Assembly (NCBI GenBank): GCA_963542015.1
Contig: CAUTUX010000005.1
Coordinates: forward strand, 9,557 to 73,556
DNA length: 64,000 bases
Direction: 5' to 3'
DNA from: an uncultured Clostridia bacterium
GTDB taxonomy: Bacteria; Bacillota; Clostridia; Christensenellales; CAG-917
The translations under genes and the position numbers were made by a program. Below, piece by piece: positions 28,372-37,854 of the stretch. The stretch's first letter is position 1, and each line of letters begins with the position of its first letter. A model generated the notes under the pieces. The model ran no database searches, had not been told where the DNA came from, and was given only the letters and a program-made list of their open reading frames with translations.

Positions 28372-29730
28372 TTGGCGGCATTTAATAAAAAAAGATCGGT
28401 TGTAACTTTAACGATACTTTCAATCTTTATTGTATTAATGATAATTTTTGGTGTAGTAAAGTTCCCGATGGGAAAAGTTGATTATAACGGATATGCAAGA
28501 ACAATAAAGAAAGGTTTGGATTTGTCTGGTGGTGTATCCGCAGTATATAAAGTAACGGATCCAGAAAACAATAAAGAAACATTTCAATCCAGACTTGAAG
28601 GTACAAAGAGTTCATTACTTTCATTATTAGTTTCAAAAGGATATACAGAAGCACAAGTTACAATAAGCACTCAAGGAGAAAACACATATTTAAGAGTTGA
28701 AGTTCCTGATGTTGATGACCCAGCCAAAGTATTGGATCTTATAGGAAGACCACAAACACTTGAATTTAAGAAAGAAGACAAGGCAGATGCAGAAGCACAA
28801 ATCAGGGGAAGAGAACATCTTGAATCAGCATATGTAACTCAAGACAACAATGGTAGATATGCAGTTGGACTTCAATTTAACGGAGAAGGCAAAAAAGCAT
28901 TCGCTAAATTAACAAAAGAAACGGTAAACAAAAATACATATATTTATATCAATAAAGAAAAATATACTACAGTAAAAGTAAACAGTGTAATTAATGACGG
29001 GAAAGCAATTATAACAAGCCAAAATGGATATACCTATGAAGAGGCAAAAGAGTTTGCAACAAAACTGCAGGCAGGTGCGTTAGGCGTTAATCTTCAGGTC
29101 ACAGAAGTAAAGAACATTTCACCAACATTAGGAAACAAGGCAATAGAAAGAGCCTTAATTGCAGGTGGAGTTGGTATCTTATTGGTATTCATATTTATGG
29201 CGGCAATTTATAGAGGAATGGGTATCGCAGCAGATATCTCACTGCTCGTATATACATTATTACTATTATGGTTATTAGCTGTTTTACCATGGGTACAGTT
29301 AACATTGCCAGGTATTGCAGGTGTTCTGTTATCTATAGGTATGGCAGTTGATGCGAACATCATTATATTTGAAAGAATCAAGGATGAGTTTAGGTTCTCA
29401 AAGAAACCAATTATGCCATGTATAGATGTCGGGTTTAAGAGATCTTTGGGAGCTATTATCGATGGTAACATCACAACATTGATTGGTGCGATTGTTTTGT
29501 GGATTATCGGGTCAAGTGCAATTAAAGGATTTGCAATTACATTGTTCTTGGGAATTATTGTATCAATGTTTACAGCCCTTGTTGTTTCAAGAGCAGTTTT
29601 AAAATCATTAGTTGTGTTAAAACCAGCTTCAAATAAATTTTTTGCACTTAAAAGATCAAAGGATCTTGAAGATGTAGAAAATAATGTAGCAGAAGAACAA
29701 GAAATGAAAGAGGTGCCAAATGAAGGATAA
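28372..29730 (+). CDS. secD: Protein translocase subunit SecD
   Basis: TTG start 5 nt after SD GGAGG. N-terminal TM, periplasmic-type domain (GLDLSGGVS), C-terminal 5-TM block. Confidence 0.9.
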   Translation: MAAFNKKRSVVTLTILSIFIVLMIIFGVVKFPMGKVDYNGYARTIKKGLDLSGGVSAVYKVTDPENNKETFQSRLEGTKSSLLSLLVSKGYTEAQVTISTQGENTYLRVEVPDVDDPAKVLDLIGRPQTLEFKKEDKADAEAQIRGREHLESAYVTQDNNGRYAVGLQFNGEGKKAFAKLTKETVNKNTYIYINKEKYTTVKVNSVINDGKAIITSQNGYTYEEAKEFATKLQAGALGVNLQVTEVKNISPTLGNKAIERALIAGGVGILLVFIFMAAIYRGMGIAADISLLVYTLLLLWLLAVLPWVQLTLPGIAGVLLSIGMAVDANIIIFERIKDEFRFSKKPIMPCIDVGFKRSLGAIIDGNITTLIGAIVLWIIGSSAIKGFAITLFLGIIVSMFTALVVSRAVLKSLVVLKPASNKFFALKRSKDLEDVENNVAEEQEMKEVPNEG

Positions 29731-30910
29731 TAAGGCACTAGAAAGATTGAAGAAATTTTCAGTAAATAAGTTGGCACCATTTTGGAGTATTGCTCCAGTT
29801 GTTATATTTTTAATTGCAGTTTGTGTAATTGTAACATTTGGGGTTAAAACAAAGAGTATATCATCAGGTTTTGGAATCGGTATAGATTTTGAAGGTGGTA
29901 CGCTACTTAATGTAAAGCTCGGGAGAATGATAGCCGATGAAAAGGGCTATAAAGAGCATGCAGATAAATTGAAGTCAATTGCTGAGAAAAACGGAGTTGT
30001 GGTTTCATATATTCAAAAAGAAAAGGCTGACAATGTAGATGACCACTCAATTTCCTTAAGATATAAGAACAATCCAGCGGATAGAAAAAGTGATGCGAAG
30101 ATTGCAGAAAGAAATGAGAAAATTCTTAAAGCAATCGATGATGCATATCCAGATATCGTACAAGCACACAACAAATTCATAGATTATCAATCTATAGGTG
30201 CATCTGCAGCCAGTGACTTGTTGAGTAAAGCAGGTATATCTGTTCTCGTATCAACAATATTAATTTTGATATACATAATGATTCGATTCACACCAGTAGC
30301 AGCAATTGCGGCGATTATAGCATTGTTACATGATGTTATATTAATGTTTGCACTAACAACAATATTTAGAATACAAATAAATGCATCATTTGTAGCAGCC
30401 ATTATTACAATAATTGCATATTCTATAAATGATACAATCGTTATATTCGATAGATGTAGAGAAGAAGTTAAGAAGAATAAAGGGATGAAGAAGATTGACT
30501 ATTCAAAGATAGGTGATAAATCAGTATTGAATACAGCAACTCGTTCTATTTATACAACAATAACAACAATGATAACCATTGTGTTGCTCGCAGCAATTGG
30601 TGGAACTGCAATTAGAGAATTCTCTATACCTATAATATTCGGTTTATTAGTTGGTTTATATTCTTCAATATTCTTGTCAGTACCAATGTGGACAGCATTT
30701 AGTAAATTGGATGAATATGTCAAAAAACAGAGAGCAATAAGACATGCAAGCAATGAAAATATTGAGATAGTTCAGTATGAAGAAAAAACAGAAGATAATA
30801 CTGAAGAAGAGAAGAGTGTAAAAAAAGAGAAAAAGAAAAAAGTAACAAATTCAAATGTTATATACAAGTACAAGAAAAAGAAAGACGAAATAGATAAGAA
30901 TGAACAATAA
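29720..30910 (+). CDS. secF: Protein translocase subunit SecF with a K/E-rich C-terminal tail
   Basis: GIDFEGGT motif and a 6-TM core. Overlaps the secD end. Confidence 0.9.
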   Translation: MKDNKALERLKKFSVNKLAPFWSIAPVVIFLIAVCVIVTFGVKTKSISSGFGIGIDFEGGTLLNVKLGRMIADEKGYKEHADKLKSIAEKNGVVVSYIQKEKADNVDDHSISLRYKNNPADRKSDAKIAERNEKILKAIDDAYPDIVQAHNKFIDYQSIGASAASDLLSKAGISVLVSTILILIYIMIRFTPVAAIAAIIALLHDVILMFALTTIFRIQINASFVAAIITIIAYSINDTIVIFDRCREEVKKNKGMKKIDYSKIGDKSVLNTATRSIYTTITTMITIVLLAAIGGTAIREFSIPIIFGLLVGLYSSIFLSVPMWTAFSKLDEYVKKQRAIRHASNENIEIVQYEEKTEDNTEEEKSVKKEKKKKVTNSNVIYKYKKKKDEIDKNEQ

Positions 30911-30932
30911 ATAATTTTAAGGGGAATGAATG

Positions 30933-30958
30933 TGCTGGCTTAGCCAGCATATTTATTA
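30933..30958 (+). terminator. Intrinsic terminator after secF
   Basis: TGCTGGC-tta-GCCAGCA followed by TATTTATT. Confidence 0.7.
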
Positions 30959-30969
30959 TAGATGGACAA

Positions 30970-31563
30970 ATGACAATTGAGGAACGCAATAAAAAGATGC
31001 TAAGCGGAGTTAAGTATAACGATTTAGCAGCAGAATTGGTTGAAAAAAGAGAACAAGTAATTTTTCTTACAAACAAGTATAACAAGAGCTTTGGCAAGCC
31101 AATAGAAAAGCGAGAAAAGATCCTTAAAACATTGCTTGGAAGCATAGGAAATAATGTCCATTTTGAGCCAGGATTTAGGTGTGAATTTGGGTTTAATATT
31201 TCTATAGGAAACAATTTTTATGCGAATTATGACTGCATAATGCTTGATGGGAACAAAATAGAGATAGGAGACAATGTTTTATTTGGACCTAGAGCAGGAA
31301 TATATACGAGCAATCATGCGATTGACCCATCAGAAAGACAGAATGGGGGATGTTTTTCAAAACCCGTGAAGATAGGGAACAATGTTTGGATGGGTGGAGA
31401 TGTAAAAGTTTTACAAGGAGTTTCTATAGGAGATAATACTGTCATTGGTGCGGGTAGCGTTGTAACTAGAGACATCCCAGCAAATGTGGTCGCAGCGGGA
31501 AATCCATGTAAGGTTTTAAGAAAGATAACGGATTCTGACAAAACTGGATATATCCCAGATTAA
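30970..31563 (+). CDS. maa: Maltose/galactoside O-acetyltransferase-like hexapeptide transferase
   Basis: Maa/LacA-type N-terminal segment plus hexapeptide repeats (IGDNVLFGP...IGNNVWMGG...IGDNTVIGAGSVV). Confidence 0.85.
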   Translation: MTIEERNKKMLSGVKYNDLAAELVEKREQVIFLTNKYNKSFGKPIEKREKILKTLLGSIGNNVHFEPGFRCEFGFNISIGNNFYANYDCIMLDGNKIEIGDNVLFGPRAGIYTSNHAIDPSERQNGGCFSKPVKIGNNVWMGGDVKVLQGVSIGDNTVIGAGSVVTRDIPANVVAAGNPCKVLRKITDSDKTGYIPD

Positions 31564-31570
31564 ATTTCGT

Positions 31571-31728
31571 AAAAACAACATAAAAAATGATACAGATTGC
31601 ATTATAAGGTTAAAAAATGTTATTAATGTTTCATTTTAAATTAAAAAACAATTTAACCCACGCATAAAATGTGCATAAAATTATAAAAAATGCATAAAAC
31701 TAATAAAAAACACAAAAATATGCATAAA
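31571..31728. repeat. Phased A-tract array with four GCATAAA repeats upstream of the ABC-operon promoter
   Basis: A-tracts start at 31571, 582, 612, 643, 666, 677, 685, 696, 705, 714 and 726 (mean about 10.3 bp per step when skipped turns are counted). GCATAAA occurs at 31662, 31673, 31692 and 31722. Confidence 0.7.
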
Positions 31729-31732
31729 TTAG

Positions 31733-31761
31733 TTGATTTAGCGAATAAAGACTGCTAACAT
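31733..31761 (+). promoter_or_regulatory. Candidate sigma-A promoter of the amino-acid ABC operon
   Basis: TTGATT (31733-31738), 17-nt spacer, TAACAT (31756-31761). Confidence 0.5.
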
Positions 31762-31795
31762 TTGATTATCAAATTTAAAAAGTGAGGTAACAAAT

Positions 31796-32695
31796 ATGAA
31801 AAAAGTATCAAGTAAGTTGTTAGTAGTGATAAGTATTTTAGTTATTGCGTTTACAGCAATTGGATTTGCAGGTTGTACCGTTGGTGGTGCAAAAGCAAAA
31901 ATTAAAGTTGTTGAAACAAAATTAGCAGAAGATCCAATTGCGTTTGCAACGCCAAAGACTGAGGCAGGTTTAGAAACTAAACAAAAAGTGGATAAATGGA
32001 TTAAGGACAACAAAGCTACAATACAAAGTTTGTTTGAAAAATACGCAAAGATGACTGATAAAGAGGCAAATGAAACAAATATTGAGTATAAGACAACAGC
32101 AGATCCAGACAAAAAGGATAAACAGTTTGTTGTTGCAACTGCTGCAGATTATCCACCTTATGAATTTAAGGCAAGCGGAACGCAAAAAATCCTTGGAGTA
32201 GATATAGAGATAGCTTCAATGATAGCAAAGGAGCTTAAGATGGAATTAGTTGTTCAAGACATGGAGTTCGATGCCATAATAGAAGAAACAAAAAAAACAA
32301 ACTCATTGATTGATATTGCAATGGCAGGTCTTACAGAAAATGAAGAACGTAAGAAAAGCGTATATTTTACAGAAACATACACAATTGACAAACAAGTAAT
32401 GATTGTAAATGCAAACAACAAAAGGTTTGATGGTTTAACAAAGGAAGAAATAAACAAAAAGATCAATCAAATGGCAAAACAAAAAGTAGGACATTATAAA
32501 CTCGTTATAGGAGCACAAAAAGGAACATCTTCATTCAACCTTGCAGAAGATTACGCAAATGAAAATAATAAGATTGAGGCAAGTGCATATCCAAGTCCTG
32601 CATTAGCAGTACAAGACTTGAAGAACGGACGAATTGATTTTGTAATCGTTGACGAGTTGGTTGCAAAAGTGTTAATGGGTAAATTTAACAAATAA
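31796..32695 (+). CDS. Amino-acid ABC transporter substrate-binding lipoprotein (family 3), apparently circularly permuted
   Basis: Signal peptide plus lipobox IGFAGC. Core QFVVATAADYPPYEF...DIAMAGLTENEERKK matches GlnH/ArtJ-type SBPs. See finding. Confidence 0.85.
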   Translation: MKKVSSKLLVVISILVIAFTAIGFAGCTVGGAKAKIKVVETKLAEDPIAFATPKTEAGLETKQKVDKWIKDNKATIQSLFEKYAKMTDKEANETNIEYKTTADPDKKDKQFVVATAADYPPYEFKASGTQKILGVDIEIASMIAKELKMELVVQDMEFDAIIEETKKTNSLIDIAMAGLTENEERKKSVYFTETYTIDKQVMIVNANNKRFDGLTKEEINKKINQMAKQKVGHYKLVIGAQKGTSSFNLAEDYANENNKIEASAYPSPALAVQDLKNGRIDFVIVDELVAKVLMGKFNK

Positions 32696-33381
32696 TGAGT
32701 TTATCAACACTGTTTACAAAGGCAAACACATTAGCAATATTGCGGGGTTTAGGAAACACCGCAATTATTGCTTTATGCGGTTTTGCTATAGGCATTATTA
32801 TTGGAGCTTTTATCGCTACGATTAAGGCTGCAAGTAAAGATAGCAAGACAGCAGTAGTATTTTCAAAAATAGCAGATATATATCTTGCTCTTTTCAGAGG
32901 AACCCCAATAATAGTTCAGTTGCTTGTTTTTTACTACATCCTATTCCCGCTGATGGGGCTAACGAGAGTAGATAGACTAGTTGTGGCAATAGTGGTTTTT
33001 GGATTAAATTCTGGAGCATATGTTTCAGAAATTATAAGAGCTGGAATAGCAGCAATAGATGTAGGTCAATACGAAGCAGGTAGGTCTTTAGGATTAAGTA
33101 CGGGTACTACTCTCTTTAAAATTGTAATTCCGCAGGCATTAAAAAATAGTATTCCTTCATTGGGAAACGAATTAATAACACTGGTAAAAGACACTTCGGT
33201 TGCTGGGTTTATAACTGTTGTAGACTTGACTGTGGTAATGCAGCAGATAGCAAATAATGCATACGAATATACAACACCATATTTGGTATTAGGAGCAATA
33301 TATTTAATTATAGTAATTGCAATTACTATGATAATTAAAAGGGTGGAGAAAAAGTTAAGTGTCAGTGATAGAAGTAAGTAA
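32695..33381 (+). CDS. Amino-acid ABC transporter permease (HisM/GlnP family)
   Basis: 5 TM, EAA-loop EAGRSLGLS...IVIPQALK. The start overlaps the SBP stop (TAATG). Confidence 0.92.
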   Translation: MSLSTLFTKANTLAILRGLGNTAIIALCGFAIGIIIGAFIATIKAASKDSKTAVVFSKIADIYLALFRGTPIIVQLLVFYYILFPLMGLTRVDRLVVAIVVFGLNSGAYVSEIIRAGIAAIDVGQYEAGRSLGLSTGTTLFKIVIPQALKNSIPSLGNELITLVKDTSVAGFITVVDLTVVMQQIANNAYEYTTPYLVLGAIYLIIVIAITMIIKRVEKKLSVSDRSK

Positions 33382-34663
33382 GTTAACCAAGAAATTTGGG
33401 GACTTATTAGTTTTGGATGATATAAATGAAAAAATAGAAGAAGGAGAAAAGGTTGTAATAATAGGTCCATCTGGTGGTGGAAAATCAACCTTTTTGAGAT
33501 GCCTCAATGTTCTTGAAAATCCCACATATGGTCAGGTGTTTTTTGAGGGAGTAGATCTTGCAGATTTTAAAGTAAATATAAACACCTATAGGCAGAAAAT
33601 GGGGATGGTGTTTCAGCAGTTTAACCTTTTTAGCAACATGAGTGTTGAAAAGAATATTACATTTGCTCCAATAAAAATAGGAATTAATGCATATAGAAAA
33701 GCAAAAACTCAAAACAGATTTTTGCCAATATACAATGCCTTTATGACCATATTCGGGAAATCTATATTGGAACAACACAAGGAGAGAAGAGAAAAAATTA
33801 AAACCAATATTGAAGAGATACGACAAGTTTTGAAACCATTAGAAGAAAAATGGGAACAAACTAAAAAAATTAAAGAGATAAGAGAAAAGAAATTTGTCAC
33901 ATATGATTCAAAATTAACAAAGCAGAAAGTTAGGCTTGAAAAAAAATTAGAAAGTCAAGAAAGAGCATTAAGTCATATAGTAGATTTGTTACCACAAGAA
34001 AAAATATTAACAAAAGATGAGTATAAAAAATGCAATGATAAAATAATAAGCATTGCAAAAAGTATAAATACAGAGATTCCAGAAGTTGGAGAGCAAAATA
34101 TTACAAATTTAAAACATAAGCTAGAATTATTACAAAATGCATTTAAAGCGAACAAAGAGACACTGGGCAGTGAGATAGAAAAGCAGATTGAGGCAATAAG
34201 GAAAGAGTTATATACAGAAGTCTATAGACAAAAAGTAGAGATTGCATATAAAAATACGCAAGAAATAAAACAGAATGCGAAACAGACTGCAGAGAAACTT
34301 CTCAAGAGAATAGGACTATTTGAAAAAAAAGATGCATATCCATCAACCTTGTCGGGTGGTCAAAAACAGCGAATAGCAATTGCTAGGGCATTAGCAATGA
34401 ATCCAAAAGTAATCTTATTTGATGAACCCACAAGTGCACTTGATCCAGAGATGACTGGGGAAGTTTTAGACTTGATTAAAGAGGTCGCAGAAGAAGGGAT
34501 GACGATGGTTATAGTAACTCATGAGATGGGGTTTGCAGAACAAGTAGGCACAAGAGTCTTATTTATGTCTGAAGGTAAAATCTTGGAATCAGGCACGCCA
34601 GAAGAGATATTTAAACATCCAAAAACAAAAAGACTACAAGAATTTTTAGACAAAGTTTTATAA
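33359..34663 (+). CDS. Amino-acid ABC transporter ATP-binding protein with a large internal K/E-rich insertion
   Basis: Walker [11 protein letters not shown]-loop FQQFNLF, signature LSGGQKQR, Walker [13 protein letters not shown]-loop VTHEM. It is 434 aa, against roughly 240 aa for typical family members. Confidence 0.9.
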   Translation: MSVIEVSKLTKKFGDLLVLDDINEKIEEGEKVVIIGPSGGGKSTFLRCLNVLENPTYGQVFFEGVDLADFKVNINTYRQKMGMVFQQFNLFSNMSVEKNITFAPIKIGINAYRKAKTQNRFLPIYNAFMTIFGKSILEQHKERREKIKTNIEEIRQVLKPLEEKWEQTKKIKEIREKKFVTYDSKLTKQKVRLEKKLESQERALSHIVDLLPQEKILTKDEYKKCNDKIISIAKSINTEIPEVGEQNITNLKHKLELLQNAFKANKETLGSEIEKQIEAIRKELYTEVYRQKVEIAYKNTQEIKQNAKQTAEKLLKRIGLFEKKDAYPSTLSGGQKQRIAIARALAMNPKVILFDEPTSALDPEMTGEVLDLIKEVAEEGMTMVIVTHEMGFAEQVGTRVLFMSEGKILESGTPEEIFKHPKTKRLQEFLDKVL

Positions 34664-34816
34664 AAAAATTAGACGCATAAACTTTATAAAAGAAAATTTC
34701 TTATAAGCGTCGTAGCAGTTGCTTCATTAGTATAAAAACGCAAACGGAAATTTGTTTTTTGTTTTCAGCACCGTAGTGCTAAAATAAGTTATACAGATAT
34801 AACTTGAGGTGAGAAA

Positions 34817-36088
34817 ATGAATTTGAAAAGCAAATTGAACATCTGTCTTTTTATTGCAGTTGTAGCAATATATTCAATGTGTATTGGATTTTTTAGTTCA
34901 CAACAAGCCTATGCAGATGAAGGGTTTGTAAAGACAGGTACAACTGAATATTCTTACACAATATCCGGAGTTGGGAAAAAACAAAAAAACATAATTGAGA
35001 AAGCTATTAAAAAAGTAATTATCGAGAAGGTTGATGCCGATCATACATATCTTAAGATTGAGCGTACAAACAACAGCGGGCTTGGCACATTTAAGATATT
35101 TTCCAGAGATAAAGATAAGAAGAGTGGAAATATTATAAGAAGTGAAGAAGCAAGACAGGAAAACGATTATTACACCCTTAACGAGTCTTGGCTTACAAAG
35201 GATCTCACAATAGAGACAACATTAAGAAAGAGAAAAAAAGAAAAAGAATTGATATTTAATTTAAGATTAAATAAAGTTAAAAACCACACGGAAACGGTTG
35301 AAAATTCATCTGGAAGGTTACCATATTATATTCCTAAATTTCAGACAGCTATAGCCGAAGAAGCAACAGCAGGAGAAGGCAAATTCTATATACCTGAAGT
35401 GAAAGCAAGAGCAAATGATGAGGAATGTGCGATAGAGTACTCGGTTGTGGATGCAGATGGTAACGAAACAAAGCTTACCAACAGAGAGTATGACGCAAAG
35501 GGTAACTTCATACTTAGATACAAAGCGATAAGTACGAAATATAAAACAACAGATGGTAAAAATAGTGAAGTTATTGCAGAAACAAAAGTTAAAACAACGA
35601 CTTTAAACCATTTTGTTTCTTCTGATGAAGAAGTATTTCAGGCATTCAAGTATCAAAATAACCAGACAATAGAAATGGCAAAGAAAAAGTTTAAAACATA
35701 TGAGAAAGCAAAAATGATTGCCTATGAAATTAGAAAGTTTGATGAATCTGGGAAAGAAGAAAGCACAACATCAAAAACACTAAAAATAAATGTACCAAGT
35801 GATTTTAATATCAAAAAAACAGAAGTATACGCATTAAAAAAAGGTAAACTAGTAAAGATGAAGGCTAAAATTGACGGGGATAGACTATCTATAAAGAATG
35901 CTAGTGGAGTTAATTCAATTTTGTTAATACAAAAAGGATTTCCAAAGTGGGGCGGAGCCCTAATTTCTATAGCAGTTATGATAATTTTGGCGAGTTCAGT
36001 TATTATTGGACTTGTTGTAAGTAATAAAAAGAAAGAAAAACTGGATGACATTGAATCAGAAGAGGAAGAGATAGAGAATGATAGATAA
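34817..36088 (+). CDS. Hypothetical type-I membrane/surface protein (signal peptide, C-terminal TM, acidic tail)
   Basis: Signal peptide ending QQAYA/DE. C-terminal TM GGALISIAVMIILASSVIIGLVV then KKKEK and an E-rich tail. SD GAGGTGAG upstream. Confidence 0.65.
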   Translation: MNLKSKLNICLFIAVVAIYSMCIGFFSSQQAYADEGFVKTGTTEYSYTISGVGKKQKNIIEKAIKKVIIEKVDADHTYLKIERTNNSGLGTFKIFSRDKDKKSGNIIRSEEARQENDYYTLNESWLTKDLTIETTLRKRKKEKELIFNLRLNKVKNHTETVENSSGRLPYYIPKFQTAIAEEATAGEGKFYIPEVKARANDEECAIEYSVVDADGNETKLTNREYDAKGNFILRYKAISTKYKTTDGKNSEVIAETKVKTTTLNHFVSSDEEVFQAFKYQNNQTIEMAKKKFKTYEKAKMIAYEIRKFDESGKEESTTSKTLKINVPSDFNIKKTEVYALKKGKLVKMKAKIDGDRLSIKNASGVNSILLIQKGFPKWGGALISIAVMIILASSVIIGLVVSNKKKEKLDDIESEEEEIENDR

Positions 36089-37853
36089 AGAGTTATTTAG
36101 ATTAATTGGAAAAGACAAAAAATATATATTTATTTCAGTCTTTTTATCGATATTAGGTTTATTTGCTAATCTAGCAATTACATATTTTATTTGTGCAGCT
36201 ATAGGCGTGTTAGTTGCAGAAAAAAGTCCAATAAAGCAAGTAGTAGATACGAACAAATATATATATTGTGCAGTTGGAGCTGTAACAGCAGGAGTATTGA
36301 GATACATAATAGCCAGACTTTCAGGAGCAACTAGAGAGAAACTAGGAAGAAATGTGAAAAAGACACTTAGAGGAAATATATTTGAAAAAATTCTCGCACT
36401 TGGAGGAAAGAGTGCAGAAGATTTAAATATGGCTGGTTTTACTCAAGTAAGTGTTGAAGGTGTGGAACAACTTGATTTATATTACTCAACATATCTACCA
36501 CAGTTTTTTTATTCACTTATTGCACCGTTAATTTTATTTGCAGTGTGTTTTAAATTTAATTACATATTTGCAATTGTTATGTTGGTTTGTGTTCCCATTA
36601 TTCCTATGTCAATCGTGATGGTGTCAAAATATGCCAAGAAGATATTTGCCAAATATTGGGGAATATATACGCATATGGGAGATGCTTTTCTTGATAACAT
36701 GCAGGGGCTAAAAGAACTTAAAATTTATCTTGCCGATAAAAGAAGACATGATGAAATAAATAGCAAGTCTGAAGAATTCAGAAAGATCACAATGAAAGTT
36801 CTCGTGATGCAGTTGTTCAGTATTTTTATAATGGATCTGGTCGCATTTACAGCTGCTGGTGTTGGATCAGCACTTGCAATAGCTGGAGCAGAGGGTAGGT
36901 TAGGAGTAAGCAAACTAATAGCAGATAAAAACAATATACAAATGGTTGTCTTCTTAATATTGGTTGGAGTTGAATTTTTCTTGCCATTAAGAACTCTTGG
37001 TTCAGCATTCCATGTTGCGATGAATGGTATGAGTGCAGGGAAAAAAATAATAAAGCTGTTGTCATTGGAAGTTCCAAAATGGGGGCAAGAGCAAGTAGCG
37101 TGTAAAGAAATAGCACTTTCAAATCTTTCATTCACATATCCTGAAAGAGAGAAGGCAGCGGTTAAGGATATTAATATAGCGTTTAAAAAAGGAATGTCGG
37201 CTATTGTTGGAGAAAGCGGATGTGGTAAATCTACATTGGCAGGATTAATAATCGGCACCTTAAGAAGTTCTGAAGGGACAGTAACTGTTGATGGGAAGGC
37301 AATTGAAGATGTTTCGCAACAGTCATACTATGTACAATTGTCGGTTGTTTCACATGGTACCCATATATTCAATGACACGGTCCGAAATAATTTTTATCTA
37401 GCAAAACCAGACGCAACAGATGAAGAAATGATGAATGCACTAAAGAGTGTAAATCTAGATGATTTTATTGCGGAAGAAGGACTTGATAAAAAAATCGATG
37501 AAGGTGGTACAAATATTTCAGGTGGTCAAAAACAAAGGCTAGCATTAGCTGTTAATATGGTGGCAGATAAAAAAATATATATATTTGATGAGGCTACAAG
37601 CAATATAGATGTGGAGAGCGAAGCTATCATTATGAATAACATAGTTAATATGAGTAAGGAAAAAACAGTTATATTGATATCTCATCGGTTACAAAATGTA
37701 GTTAAAGCCGACATGATCTATTACATGAAAGAAGGCGAAGTTGTAGAACATGGGACGCACACTCAGTTAATGAAAGAAAAGAAAGGTTATGCAGAAATGT
37801 ATACAGAACAAAAGAACCTTGAAGAAGGTTATTTAAAGGAATGTGAGGCTTAG
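36078..37853 (+). CDS. ABC exporter, fused permease/ATPase (CydD-like thiol-reductant exporter family)
   Basis: 6-TM domain plus NBD (GESGCGKST, ISGGQKQRLALA, IYIFDEATSNID). 11-nt overlap with the upstream gene. Confidence 0.8.
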   Translation: MIDKELFRLIGKDKKYIFISVFLSILGLFANLAITYFICAAIGVLVAEKSPIKQVVDTNKYIYCAVGAVTAGVLRYIIARLSGATREKLGRNVKKTLRGNIFEKILALGGKSAEDLNMAGFTQVSVEGVEQLDLYYSTYLPQFFYSLIAPLILFAVCFKFNYIFAIVMLVCVPIIPMSIVMVSKYAKKIFAKYWGIYTHMGDAFLDNMQGLKELKIYLADKRRHDEINSKSEEFRKITMKVLVMQLFSIFIMDLVAFTAAGVGSALAIAGAEGRLGVSKLIADKNNIQMVVFLILVGVEFFLPLRTLGSAFHVAMNGMSAGKKIIKLLSLEVPKWGQEQVACKEIALSNLSFTYPEREKAAVKDINIAFKKGMSAIVGESGCGKSTLAGLIIGTLRSSEGTVTVDGKAIEDVSQQSYYVQLSVVSHGTHIFNDTVRNNFYLAKPDATDEEMMNALKSVNLDDFIAEEGLDKKIDEGGTNISGGQKQRLALAVNMVADKKIYIFDEATSNIDVESEAIIMNNIVNMSKEKTVILISHRLQNVVKADMIYYMKEGEVVEHGTHTQLMKEKKGYAEMYTEQKNLEEGYLKECEA

Positions 37854-37854
37854 T

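Noticed and set aside
29208-29780. Long antisense or alternative-frame ORFs inside confident genes. Examples: 29208-29780 (-) in secD, 36725-37258 (-) in the CydD-like gene, 60437-60937 (-) in dnaK, 26585-27064 (-) in oadB, 5795-6265 (+) opposite the 568-aa gene, 23014-23247 (+) inside rplL.
   Set aside because: They lie entirely within genes with strong family signatures on the other strand or frame. Their products are low-complexity (S/I/F/L-rich, mirror images of K/E/N-rich codons) and have no SD. This is the expected artefact of AT-rich, GAA/AAA-biased coding sequence.
33359-34663. The oversized ABC ATPase, possibly a gene fusion, pseudogene or inserted mobile DNA.
   Set aside because: It is a single uninterrupted frame with all NBD motifs in the correct order on both sides. 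The insert has the same composition and codon style as host genes, and there are no repeats or recombinase genes at its borders. It is retained as an in-frame insertion (see finding).
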